Below are positions 34,112-46,944 of a DNA stretch of 64,000 nt, piece after piece (position 1 is the stretch's first letter; each line of letters starts with the position of its first letter). The stretch spans positions 50,592,001 to 50,656,000 of the forward strand of contig NC_086107.1 in the NCBI RefSeq assembly GCF_963921235.1. The letters run 5' to 3'. The stretch comes from Mobula hypostoma. Its lineage: Eukaryota. Position numbers and translations under genes: made by a program. Under the pieces are notes generated by a model. It saw nothing but the letters and a program-made list of their open reading frames with translations. It was not told the DNA's origin and made no database searches.

Positions 34112-36621
34112 TTGCTGTTGGACTCCGGCCATATTATTTGCCAAGGGAAATCTCGCATGCAATTGTGTTTGTTGTGTACATTCCTCCCTCTGCCAACCCG
34201 ATATAGGCGTGTAACATCATTTACACTGTCATAGCCAGATTATAAACCCAGCACCCGAGTGCCCTCATTACCATCTCGGGTGACTTCAACCAGGTTACCA
34301 TGGCTAGAACACTGCCCAACTTCACGCAGTATGTGAGCTGTACAACCAGAATGGAGAGGACTCTGGATTTGATGTACGCTAACGTTAAGGATGCATACAG
34401 CTCCTCTCCCCTCCCTCCACTGGGAAGGTCAGATCACAACCTGGTGCATCTAAAACCCTGCTATGTGCCTCTGGTGAAGAGTAAACCTGCAAACTCGAGG
34501 ACAGTGAGAAAATGGTCGGAGGAAGCTTATGAGGTGCTCCAGGGTTGTTTTGAGGTGACAGACTGGCAGGCACTCTGTGAGCCACATGGAGAGGATATTG
34601 ATGGGCTCACAGAGTGCATCACTGATTACATCAACTTCTGTGTGGACTGCAATGTTCCGACAAGAAATGTCCTTTGTTATTCAAATAACAAGCCATGGAT
34701 GACAAAGGACATTAAGGACATCCAGAACCCTAAAAAGAAGGCGTTTAGAGATGGAAATAGGGAGGAGCTGAGGGCAATGCAGAGTGACCTGAAAGCCAGG
34801 ATCAGGGAGGCTAAAGACAGGTACAGGAGGAAGCTTGAGTGGAAACTCCAGCAGAACAACATGAGAGAGGTCTGGAGTGGGATGAGGACCATCACTGGGT
34901 TCTGGCAAACTAGCAACAGAGGAGGTGAAGGCAGTGTGGACAGGGCCAACGAACTTAACCTGTTCTTTAACAGATTTGACATTGTGGCCCCTGCCCATCC
35001 TCCACGAGTCATCTGTTGTCGGCCCCCAACCTACACATATTCCACTCTCCCCTCCTACCCCTCCTCACAGTCCCCCACCCTGCTCTCATGACTATACCCC
35101 TTCCCCACACGAAACCACTACAGTGGGCTTCACAGCTGAAACATCTCAACCCAAGCAAGGCTGCAGGACCGGATGGTGTCAGTACCAGGGTGCTCAAAGC
35201 CTGTGCCCCTCAGCTATGTGGAGTACTTCACCATGTATTCAACCTGAGCCTGAGGCTCTGGAGGGTTCCTGTGGAACACGTCCTGCCTCTTCCCTGTGCC
35301 GAAGACGCCGCGCCCCAGCGGCCTCAAACAGACTGGAGGCGTTGACCTCCCACATCGTGAAGACCCTGGAGAGACTTGTTCTGGAGTTGCTCCGAACTAT
35401 GGTCAGGCCACACTTAGATCCTCTCCAGTTCGCCTACCAGCCCCGACTAGGAGTTGAGGATGCCATCATCTACCTGCTGAACCGTGTCTATGCCCACCTG
35501 GACAAGCCAGCGAGCACTGTGAGGGTCATGTTTTTTGACTTCTCCAGTGTGTTCAACACTTCCGCCCTGCTCTGCTGGGGGAGAAGCTGACAGAGATGCA
35601 GGTAGATGCTTCCCTGGTGTCATGGATTCTTGATTACCTGACTGGCAGACCACAGTACATGTGCTTGCAACACTGTGTGTCCGACAGAGTGATCAGCAGC
35701 ACTGGGGCTCCACAGGGGACTGTCTTGTCTCCCTTTCTCTTCACCATTTACACCTCGGACTTCAACTATTGCACAGAGTCTTGTCATCTTCAGAAGTTTT
35801 CAGATGACTCTGCCATAGTGGGATGCATCAGCAAGGGAGATGAGGCTGAGTACAGGGCTACGGTAGGAAACATTGTCACATGGTGTGAGCAGAATTCTCT
35901 GGTGGTAGACCTGAGGAGAGCTAAGGTACTGGTAACCCCTGTTTCCATTCAAGGGGTCAGTGTGGACATGGTGGAGGATTACATATACCTGAGGATACGA
36001 ATTGACAATAAATTGGACTGGTCAAAGAACACTGAGGCTGTCTACAAGAAGAGTCAGAGTTGTCTCTATTTCCTGAGGAGACTGAGGTCTTTTAACATCT
36101 GCCGGACGATGCTGAGGATGTTCTACGAGTCTGTGGTGGCCAGTGCGATCATGTTTGCTGTTGTGTACAGGGACAGCAGGCTAAGGGTAGCAGACACCAA
36201 CAGAATCAACAAGCTCATTCGTAAGGCCAGTGATGTTGTGGGGATGGAACTGGACTCTCTGATGGTGGTGTTTGAAAAGAGGATGCTGTCCAAGTTGCAT
36301 GCCATCTTGGACAATGTCTTCCATCCACTACATAATGTACTGGTCGGGCACAGGAGTACATTCAGCCAGAGACTCATTCCACCGCGATGCAACACAGAGC
36401 GTCATAGGAAGTCATTCCTGCCTGTGGCCATCAAACTTTACAACTCCTCCCTTGGAGGGTCAGACACCCTGAGCCGATAAGCTGGTCCTGGACTTATTTC
36501 CTGGCATAATTTACATATTACTATTTAATTATTTATGGTTTTATTACTATTTAATTATTTATGGTGCAACTGTAACGAAAACCAATTTCCCCCGGGATCA
36601 ATAAAGTATGACTATGACTAT
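34112..36621 (+). mobile_element. Rex1/Babar-type LINE, second copy of the family at 499-3124
   Basis: Highly similar to 575-3124. ORFs 34300-35091 and 35596-36480; same (TATGAC)n tail. Confidence 0.93.
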
Positions 36622-36782
36622 TAAAAGTGGGACATACAGCTTGAAAATTGCACGAGATATGAGTTAAACCTGCACTTCATCGTACATTTTCAGCATAATC
36701 CACTCTGTCTAATTTATGCTGTCATTCATATCTCAGGAGAGAACAATGGGATTAATTGAGAACTGAAAATAAAATGTAAATT

Positions 36783-37274
36783 ACTTTGGGTATATACCTC
36801 AAGAATGGTTGAAAAGAGATAAATATTTAATGAATGTACTGCTGGTGGCTGGTAAAAAGACTCTTACCAGGAAATGGTTATCACAGGACTGCCCAATTCT
36901 AAATGTATGGATGGAAATTACAATGGACATTTAAAAAATAGAGAAGGTAACAGCATCTGTTAATCATAAGTTGGAACAATTTTATTCATGCTGGAAAAAA
37001 TGGTTTAACTACATTACACCTCATAGGCCTGATTTTATTCTCACAAGTCAATGAATATGTTGTAAAAAAAAGATCACTCCCTACTATGTACATATTTTTC
37101 TTCTTTCAATTGTTCTTTCTTTCCTCTCCTTTCTGTAAGTGTATACCTCAGATAAATATTATGTGGAGATTTATGACAAGTATGATTATATGATATATGT
37201 ACAGTATTTGAAATACATTTTATGGAAATGTTTGTCTGATGATGAAATTCAATAAAAAATAAATTACAAAAAAG
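36783..37274 (+). mobile_element. L1-clade LINE 3' fragment
   Basis: Translates LLVAGKKTLTRKWL..P..NVWMEI..EK..F..W..W (vertebrate L1 ORF2 C-terminal pattern). AATAAA + A-rich tail; GTAAATT on both sides as probable TSD. Confidence 0.8.
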
Positions 37275-37417
37275 AAGTAAATTCCCTATTTATTTAGCAG
37301 TCGCATAATGCAATGGTTGGATGTGTAATCTTGCTCAAAACAGCTCAGAGCAATATTTCAGAAAAGCAAAGATGTACTTTTTTATGAATAATACCACTGA
37401 GAAATATAATGACCCCC

Positions 37418-38180
37418 TATCTGACCCCCTTACTATCGAGTCCCCTATCACAACTGCCCTCCTCTTCCTTTCCCTACCCTTCTGAGCTACACGGCCGGAC
37501 TCTATGCCGGAGGCACGGCCACTGTCGCTTCCCCCAGGTAACCTGTCCCCCCCAACAGTACTCAAACAGGAGTACCAATTGTCAAGGGGCACAGCCACCG
37601 GGGTGCTCTCTATTACCTGACTCTACCCCTTCCCCCTCCTGACTGTGACCCACTTGTCTGCCTCCCGTAGCCCCGGTGTGACCACCTGCCTGTAACTCCT
37701 CTCTATCAACTCCTCACTCTCCCTGACCAGACGAAGGTCTTCGAGCTGCAGCTCCAGTTCCCTAACGCGGTCCCTTAGGAGCTGTATCTCGGTGCACCTG
37801 GTGCAGATGTAGACGTTTGGGAGGCTTGGAGACTCCAGGGCCTCTCACATCCGATACCGAGAACAACAAACTGCCCTCACAATCATACGGCCCCTCTCCT
37901 CAAATAACAACAAAAAATGAATACCAAACCTTACTCGCCTCGCCCATTTCCGCCTAAGCCCATTGAGCCGAAGCCCTTAAGCCTTCACTCTGCTCCCGGC
38001 TCACTCCACAGCCCGCAAACTACACTGCCCACTGTATGAGGCTCTGTTCCTTTTAAATCTTCTGCGCTTCACTGCCCGACGTCACACGCCTGCACAGTCC
38101 TGACTCTCTGAACGCCGATGGAAAAAAAACCGAAAAAATTCAAAAATAGCTTCCTCCGCACTCCCGCTCCGATTCTCAGA
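37418..38180 (-). mobile_element. CR1 5' UTR + ORF1 N-terminal part (up to the esterase GDS motif)
   Basis: Minus strand reads C..CT..QLLRDRVRELELQLEDL, VPLDNWYSCL and RAVVIGDSIVRGSDR. CpG-rich 5' UTR near 37900-38180. Confidence 0.8.
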
Positions 38181-39972
38181 CTTCCTTCTTTGATATGTAA
38201 GTCTCTATATACTTCCATCCCCCACCAGGAAGGTCTCAAATCTCTCCACTTCTTTTTGGATTCCAGACCGAACCACTTCCCCTCTACCACCACTCTGCTC
38301 CGTCCAGCGGAATTCGTCCTTACTCTTAATAATTTCTCATTTAGCTCCTCCCACTTCCTCCAGACGAAAGGTGTAGCCATGGGCACCCGTATGAGTCCCA
38401 GCTATGCCTGCCTTTTTGTTGGCTTTGTGGAACAATCCATGTTCCAAGCCTTTACTGGTATCTGTCCCCCACTTTTCCTTTGCTACGTAGATGACTGCAT
38501 TGGCGCTGTTTCCTGCACACTTGCTGAGCTCGTTGACTTCATTAACTTTGCCTCCAACTTTCACCCTGCCCTCAAGTTTACCTGGTCCACTTCCGACACC
38601 TCCCTCCCCTTTCTTGATCTTTCTGTCTCTATCTCTGGAGACAGCTTATCCACTGATGTCTACTATAAGCCTACGGACTCTCACAGCTATCTGGACTATT
38701 CCTCTTCCCACCCTGTCTCTTGCAAAAATGCCATCCCCTTCTCACAATTCCTCCGTATCCACCGTATCTGCTCTCAGGATGACGATTTTCATTCCAGAAC
38801 GAAGGAGACATCTTCCTTTTTTAAAGAAAGGGGCTTCCCTTCCTCCACTATCAACTTTGCTATCAAACTCATCTCTCCCAGTTCCCACACATCTGCTCTC
38901 ACCCCATCCTCCTGCCACCCCGCTAGGAATAGGGTTCCCCTTGTCCTCACCTACCACTTCCACCAGCCTTCGGATCCAACATATCATTCTCCGTAACTTC
39001 TGCCGGTTCCAACAGGATCCCACCACTAAGTACATCTTTCCCTCCAGCCCCCCAACTTTCTGCTTTGCACAGGGATCGCTCCCTACACGACTCCCTTGTC
39101 CATTTGTCCCACCAATCTCCCTCCCGGCACTTATCCTTGTAAGCGGAACAAGTGCTCCACATGCCCTTACACTTCCTCCTTCAAACTCATTCAGGGCCCC
39201 AGACAGTCCTTCCAGGTGAGGCGACACTTCACCTGTGAGGCGGCTGGGGTGATGTACTGCGTCCGGTGCTCCCGATGTGGCCTTCTATATATTGGCGAGA
39301 CCCAATGCAGGCTGGGAGACCATTTCGTTGAACACCTACACTCTGTCCGCCAGGGGAAGCAAGATCTCCCAGTGGCCACACATTTTAATTCCACATCCCA
39401 TTCCCATTCTGATATGTCTATCCACGGCCTCCTCTACTGTCAAGATGAAGCCACACTCAGGTTGGAGGAACAACACCTTATATCCTGTCTGGGTAGCCTC
39501 CAACCTGATGGCATGAACATTGACTTCTCTAACTTCCGTTAATGCCCCTCCTCCCCTTCTTACCCCATCCCTTATTTATTTTTTTTATTATTTTTTATTT
39601 CTTCCCTTTTTTTTCTCTCTCTCTTTTTTCTCCCTCTATCCCTCTCACTATAACTCCTTGCCTGCTCTCCATCCTCCAGGCTCCCCTGCCCCTTTCTTTC
39701 TCCCTAGGCTTCCCGTCCCATGATCCTTTCCCTTCTCCAGCCTTGTATCCCTTTTGCCAATCAACTTTCCAGCTCTTAGCTCCATCCCTCCCCCTCCTGT
39801 CTTCTCCTATCATTTCGGATCTCCCCCTCCCCCTCCCACATTCAAATCTCTTACTATCTCTTCTTTCAGGTAGTCTTGACGAAGGGCCTTGGCCTGAAAC
39901 GTCGACTGTACATCTTCCTCCTGTAGATGCCGCCTGGCCTGCTGCGTTTACCAGCATTTTTTGTGTGTGTTG
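38181..39972 (+). mobile_element. Penelope-like element, 5'-truncated (RT + GIY-YIG), frameshifted
   Basis: KSLYTSIPH, GVAMGTRMSPSYA, YVDD, LPFLD, YYKPTD, GVMYC..CGLLYIGET. Pyrimidine-rich 3' region with hammerhead remnant. Confidence 0.93.
39871..39908 (+). ncRNA. Minimal hammerhead ribozyme, core variant (TTGACGA)
   Basis: TAGTC-TTGACGA-AGGGCCTTGGCCT-GAAAC-GTC-GACTG; C3 changed to T. Confidence 0.65.
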
Positions 39973-42900
39973 CCAGGATAGCGTCTTGCCTCCCGGGTGC
40001 GAGGGTCCAGGATGTCTCTGAGATGTTGGAGAATATTCTTGAAGGGGAAAGTGATCAGCCAGAGGCTGTGATACATATTGGTACCAATGACATGGGCAGG
40101 GGAGGGGTAGAGGTCCTGTGCAGTAAACTTGGGGAGTTAGGCAGGAAGCTGAAGAGCAGGACCTCCAAGGTGGTTATCTGTAGATTACCTCCAGTTCAAT
40201 AAGCTAGGAAAGGTCAGAACAGGAAGACAGCACAGATGAATGAGTGGCTGAGATGGTGGAGGAGCAAGGTTTCAAGTTCTTGGATCATTGGAACCTTTTC
40301 TGTGGCCTGTACAAGTGGGACAGGTTGCATCTGGACCGGAAGGGAGCCAATATCCTGGGAGGGTGGTTTGCCTCCTTCCTGTTTCAGTAATGGCCACATG
40401 ATAACGTTGTGACCATTACAGAGATTTGAATGTCTCAGGGGCAGGAATGGCTGCAAAGTGTGCCAAGTTTTATATGTTTCAAAAAGGACAGGGAGGGAGG
40501 CAATAGGAGTGGGGACATGGCATTGCTAATCAGGGATAGTATCATGGCTGCAGAAAGAGAGGAAGTCATGGAGGGTTTGTCTACTGAGTCAGTGTGGGTG
40601 GAAGTCAGTAACAGGAAGGGGGCAATAACCCTATGGGGTGTTTTTATAGACCCCCCAGTAGCACCAGTGACATCGAGAAGCAGACAGGGAGGCAGATTCT
40701 GGAACAGTGGAATAATAAGAGGGTTGATGTGATGGGTTGTTTTAATTTTCCTAAAATTGACCAGCATCCCCTTCCAAGCAAGGGGTTTAGATAGGTTGGA
40801 GTTGTTAGGTGTGTTCAGGAAGGTTTCCTGACACAAGTGTAGATAAGCTAGAAGGGAGACTGTACTTGATCTGGTATTGGGAATTGAACCTGGTCAGGTG
40901 TCAGAATTCTCAGTGAAAGAGCACTTTGGAGGTAGTGATCACAACTCTATTTCCTTTACCATAGTACCGGAGAGGGATAGGAGCAGACAATTTGGGAGAA
41001 TATTTAATTGGGGTACAGGAAATATGATGCTATTAGGCAGAAACTTGGGAGCATTAATTGAGAGCAGATGTTCTCAGGGAAATGCACGGCAGAAATGTGG
41101 CAAATGTTCAGGGAACATCTGCGTGGTATTCTGCATATGTATGTTCCATTGAGGCAGGGAAATGATGGTAAAGTAAAAGAACTATGGTGTACAAAAGATG
41201 TAGAAAACCTAGTTAAGAAGAAGAGAAAAGCTTGCGAAAGGATCAAAAAACTAGGTGCTGTGAGAGCTCTAGGAAAATACAAGGTTACCAGGAAGGAGCT
41301 TAAGAATGAAATTAGGAGAGCTAGAAGAGGCCATGAGAAGGCCTTGGTGAGCAGAATTAAGGAAAACCCCAAGGCATTCTAAAAGTATGTGAAGAGCAAG
41401 AGGATGAGCCATGTGAGAATAGGATCAATCAGGAGTGAGAATAGAAATGTGTGCATGGAGCCAGAGGAGGCAGCGAAGGTACTTAATGAATACTTTACTT
41501 CAGTATTCACCAGGGAAAATGACCTTGGTAATTGCGGAGATAACTTACAGCAGACTGAAATGCTTGAGACATAAAGAAAAAAGATGTGCTGACCTTTTGA
41601 AAAGCATTTAGTTAGGTATGCCACCGGGGCCAGATGTGATATACCTCAAGCTACTGTGAGAATTGAGGGAGGGGATTGCTGAGCCTCTGGCAATGATCTT
41701 TGCATCATCAAAAGGGATGGGGGAAGTACCAGAGGATTGGAGGTTGCAAATGTTGTTCCCTTGTTCAGGAAAGGGAGTAAAGATAACCCAGGAAATTATA
41801 AACCAGTGAGCCTTATTTCAGTGGTGAGTAAGTTGTTGGAGAAGATCCTGAGAGGAAGGATTTGTGAGCATTTGGAGAGACATAATCTGATTAGGGATAG
41901 TCAGCATGGCTTTGTCAAGGGCAGGTCATGCCTTATGAGCTTGTTTGAATTCTTTGAGAATGTAACAAAATACATCGATGAAGGTAGAGCAGTGGATGTA
42001 GTGTATATGGATTTCAGTAAGACATTTGATAAGGTTTCCTATGCAACACTCATTCAGAAAGTAAGGAGGCATGTGATCCAAGGAGACCTTGTTTTGTGGA
42101 TCCAGAATTGGCTTGCCCACAGAAGGCAAACGGTGGTTGTAGACGGTTTGTATTCTGTGTGGAGGATGGTGACCAGTGGTGTTCCACAGGGATCTGCCCT
42201 GGGACCCTTCCTCTTTGTGATTTTTATAAATGACCTGGATGAGGAAGTAGAAGGGTGGGTTAGTAAGTTTGCTGATGACACAAAAGTTGGGGGTGTTGTG
42301 GATAGTCTGGAAGGTTGTCAGAGGTTTCAGCAGGACATCAATAGGATGGGGAACTGGGCTGAGAAGTGGCAGATGGAGTTTGACCCAGATAAGTGTGAAG
42401 TAGTCAAATGTGAAGACAGAATATAATATTAATGATAAGACTCTTGGCAGTACGGAGGATCAGGAGATCTTGGGGTCCATGTCCATAGGCACTCAAAGCT
42501 GCTGTACAGGTTGACAGTGTTGTTAAGAAGGCGTATGGTGTGTTGGCCTTCATCAACCATGGGTTTGAGCTCAAGAGCCATGAGGTAATGCTACAGCTAT
42601 TGAAGACCTTATTTAGACCCCACCTGGAGTACTGTGTTCAGTTCTGGTCACCTCATTACAGGAAGGACGTGGATACTATAGAGAGTGTGCAGAGGAGATT
42701 TACAAGGATGTTGCCTGGATTGGAGAGCATGCCTTACGAGTTGGCCTTTTCGGGGATGAGAGGATGAGAGGTGAGAGGTGATCTGATAGAGGTGTATAAG
42801 GTGATGAGAGGCATTGATCATGTGGCAAGCAAGAGGCTTTTTGCCAGGGCTGAAATGGCTAACATGAAGGGACATAGTTTAAAGGTGCTTGGAAGTAGGT

Positions 42901-43447
42901 ACGGGGGGGGGAGGGGGGGATGCGGAATGTCAGAGGTAAGTTTTTCACACAGAGAGTGGTGGGTGCGTGGAATGCACTGCCGATGACAATGGTAGAGGCA
43001 GATGCAATAGGGTCTTTTAAGAGACTCTTAGATAGATACTGACCCGGCTGGTGGCGTAGTGGCATCAGTTCCGGACTTCGGAATGGGAGGTCCCGAGTTC
43101 GATTCCAGCCAGCTTCCCTCCCTGCACGCTTTCCATCCGTGCTGGGTTACGAGCTGGTGATCTCTTTGGAAGCTCACCCGGCAGAAGGCAATGGCAAACC
43201 ACTGCTGTAACTTGCTTCGCCTCATACACAATTCCTCACTATGCCAGAGAGGTGTGGAAGAAAATTGTCCGCTAACCGGAGAAACTCCAGATGCAACGTA
43301 CCTTTCCTTTCCTTTACTTGGAACTTAGAAAAATAGAGGGCTATGCAGTAGGGAAATTCTAGACAGATTCTAGAGTACGTTACATGGTTGGCACAACATT
43401 GTGGGTCAAACAGCCTGTAAGGTGCTGTAGATTTCTATGTTCTATGT
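39973..43447 (+). mobile_element. CR1 LINE (ORF1 esterase C-terminal part, APE-RT ORF2, 3' UTR), decayed
   Basis: CLPGARV, VIHIGTND, GSDHN, ANVVPLFRKG, NYKPVSL, QHGFVKGRSC, YMDFSKTFDKV, GVPQGSALGP, KFADD, HLEYCVQFWSP; (TTCTATG)n tail. Confidence 0.92.
43041..43315 (+). mobile_element. tRNA-head / RTE-related SINE with (CCTTT)n tail, nested in a CR1 3' UTR
   Basis: A-box TGGCGTAGTGG, B-box GAGTTCGATTCC, RTE/Bov-A-like block GAAGGCAATGGCAAACCAC, tail ACCTTTCCTTTCCTTT. Confidence 0.8.
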
Positions 43448-43859
43448 TAATTGTTTGATTAAATCTACTTCAACTGGTTAAAAATTGTTTAAAAATCTTT
43501 GGGAGTTCGCAATATGTCAAAGGATATTCAGGAAAGCCCAGAACAGGGCTTTAGGATCTGCCACACAAGATCACGCCACAGCTTGTGGTTGGCTCTGTGT
43601 TCAGGGGTGTCTTGACAGTGTAGCCTGTAATGCCATTTGACCAAAAAAAGTAAGTATAGCTGAGTACAAGAAGAGGTCTGTATCAAGCAAGATCTGGTTT
43701 ATAATTTCAGATGAGTAGACATTGTGTACAGTATCTCAATTCAAGTCAAGTGAAGTTTATATCTCCTGAGAAGTATCACTCAATATTTCTGCATCTTCAA
43801 ATATTGATGAAGACATCACAGTTTTGTAGCTATTCACTGATATGCATAGTGATAATTAG

Positions 43860-44240
43860 ATATTTTACAGCTGAACTGGTAGAGCAGGACCAGAGATGGA
43901 GGTGGGGGACATGATGTGAGCTTATATTGGTGGGGTATAGAGGTTTTGCTGGCCGCTCACGGTGCAGAATTTACTCTCTCATTGACATTGTGGGTGATGC
44001 AAAGAGAAGAGCCATCAGGACTGTCACAGAGGCTGCTGAGCAAGCCTCCAGATGGGCTATGGATCAAGAGGTGTGACCATTGGACCAATGCTGCTGGGAC
44101 ACAAGTCAGGACCTGATCAACACTGGCTGGGTCACCTGCACTAGGGTTTCTGATGTTGAAAGACCTGAAACACCCAGTGACCCCAGGTTACATCACTACT
44201 GATGTGTCCTGGCTTATCCTAGGATGTATCTCAGCACCAT
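43860..44240 (+). mobile_element. 3' fragment of an RLE-endonuclease LINE (Hero/R2-like)
   Basis: Frames resemble VGYRGFAG and RAIRTVTEAAEQASRWLWIKR. 3' UTR is shared with 59600-60270. Confidence 0.65.
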
Positions 44241-46944
44241 TCATATGGAAATTAAAGGTTACTTGGTCTGTAGATTCATACACAGTACATAGCATAGTCC
44301 CAGATCATGGACATAAACTCCTTACAAAGAAGCTACAAAACTCCAGTTTCTATTTAATACTCTTACATATTTAAAGGTTGTATTCTATCCTGTGAGTGTA
44401 TCTTTCAATACCTTATCAGTTACACCACTTGTTCTGCCTTGTACCAAGAGGTGAATTTGTAAGGAAACATATCAAGCAATTTATACTACCTTAGTTCACA
44501 GAGAATTGCTTGAGGTCACAATACTTCCCTGTAAATATCCATTCCATCGAATGGAAATCTGATTGTGAGGTTTTAATCATGGGTACAAATAGGACATGTT
44601 TTAGGTTCTGTTGTTATACAAGCGCATTTATCCTTGTCAATATTGATCCTTTAATAATAATTATGGCAAAACAGGTTCTTGTTATTAAACACCTTTTGGT
44701 TGTGAGTTTTCTGATTCCTTCATTCTAACAATGACTAAACTTCACTAAAAAATGTCCTTCGGGACTTCCTGAAAACCTTCAATGTATAATATAGTAAAAA
44801 TGTTGAATGTGGTTTTCTTTTATTTACAAAGAATTCAATGTACTAGATTCTGCGAGTATTGAAAGTGTTTTACTTCCTACCCAATATATGGTTCCAAATC
44901 CTTGTGGAAAACCTACTCTTAGAACTATCAAATATCAAGATTCACTTGTTTGGAGTGGCTCAACCATTTCAGTGTAAAAACGTAGTTTGTTTGTCTAACT
45001 CTCACTCTAAAAGTAAATAGAATATTGTGGGATTTAATTTCCTCTCTCAGGCTAAAAGAAAACAAACTGTTATAATATTCAAGAATAGACATGCAGTAAA
45101 GAGAGCAACACAGGAGATAATTTTAACATTACCAAAGGAAATTGTATTAGGGAAGGAAGAAGTCTAATTGTTGTTTGTCAACTAAATTCAGTTGGTAAGA
45201 GAATTGACTTTAAAAAAATACTGAGTGTTTATATCCCATGGGCAGTCATTGAATCGTTAGCCTAGGTTGACACCTGGGTTCAGAAAAAAATTGGGGAAAT
45301 TTTTGGACCGAGCACAGAATAGGGAGGATTTGGCAATTTGCTACGGTGCTCAGCCAATGCAGACATCTCATGAAATTAAGAACACGTTTTCTCAGAAACC
45401 TGCAGGTATCAAACAGATTTCCTCTTGCAAGTTGAGGAAGAATCCAAGCAGCTACAGCCCACGTCAGTTTAACAAGTAAGATGTGTGAAAGGTTGCTGAA
45501 GGAAAGGATTGGGAATTCATTGGTAATTTGGCAATAGGTTTTTTTGGGATCTAGGTTAAGCGTTCATATATTTAAAACGTGACTTTTTATAATAATATTG
45601 CATATACATTCATGAAAGTTTTCAATATTTGGTGTATTCTGTAAATATGAACATATGTTATGATTCTAGTAGAAATGAGCCATGCCTGAAATGAAATAGT
45701 CCCGAACACATGAATTGGCCCTGCATGTATACAGAGAAATCTACCAGACTCAACCTTCAATTCCATCCAGATGACAGTATGAATTTTCATTCATCCTAAT
45801 CCATTTCAATATAAGCATATTCCTAAAATTTGGTTCAATATCAACAACCTTAATTTGGCAGATCTAGAGAATACCTAAATTAAAGATCTTCTGTATTATC
45901 CACATTATTTTTCCTGAGTGAACTAAAGTACAGATAGAAAGAATTTTAAAGTTGTAATGCTAAAAGGTATGTGCTGGAAGTGTAACTGAGAAAGAGAACA
46001 GTCTTGAATTTTTCAGGAAAGTGCTATTTAATTCCATCTGCATCACTAAATGTTAATTTCGAGGTTTCTTCATTTCTTTTATTACATTCTGATGTTGGAG
46101 GACACTGCTGCATCAGAAAGCTTTGAAGGAGAATCCACTCACGTAAATTTTCTACTCAGAGGGTAGAAGCTTTCAGAATTTCCTACCCTGCAGAGTCCTG
46201 GAAGCTCAGCCTTGAGTTAATTCAAATCAAAGACTGATTGATTTCTGGACATTAAGGGAATTATGAATATGGATATATTGCTGGAAAATGGTTCAAAGGT
46301 AGCAGATCATCCATAAAATGTTGTGGCTTAAATGATCCTCTATCTAACCTGCCAAAAAGGATCAGAAATAATTAGGTCAAAAAGAGGGATCTACAAGTAC
46401 TAAGTCAGTACTTATCTTAGTATATTTGAATTATTGGCTTCTGTCCTGCAATAAGGCATACTCTCTATTTTGTCTCTCTGAAAGTTTGGAAAATCTATTT
46501 GATATGTTACAATTGATTAGAGTTTTTTGGAAAAGAATTGGTTTTGCAATTATTATTTTTTATTATTCAGAGACAAATATTTTCTTATAATCTTTGTTTA
46601 TCTTTCTGTTGATTTTATGTTGATGGTTAGGTTAAAAAGAAACAATTCCATCTGACACTGTTAAATTCAAGGTAGTGAATGTCAGTATGGGGACAGATGT
46701 GCAAGAGGGAACTATTAAAATTATCATTTTGAGAGACATGGAAGGACAGAGTTCATTACTAAATTCCAATACTAAATACATCTGAGACTATGGAGTTATA
46801 GAAAAGTACAGCACAGAAGAAGACCCTTCAGCCCATCTAATCCACACCAAACCATTTAAACTGACTACTCCCATTGACCTGCACCAGGACCAGAGCCGTC
46901 CATATTCCTACCATCTATGTACCGACTATATTTAACTGTGAGTT

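Noticed and set aside
499-36621. Segmental duplication explaining the two Rex1 copies
   Set aside because: Similarity stops at the element boundaries; the 5' truncation points and flanks differ.
44140-44180. CTGATG..GAAAC in the Hero-like 3' UTR (also ~60180-60210) as a hammerhead ribozyme
   Set aside because: The core reads CTGATGT rather than CTGANGA and there is no stem II. It is better explained as a simple 3' UTR stem-loop.
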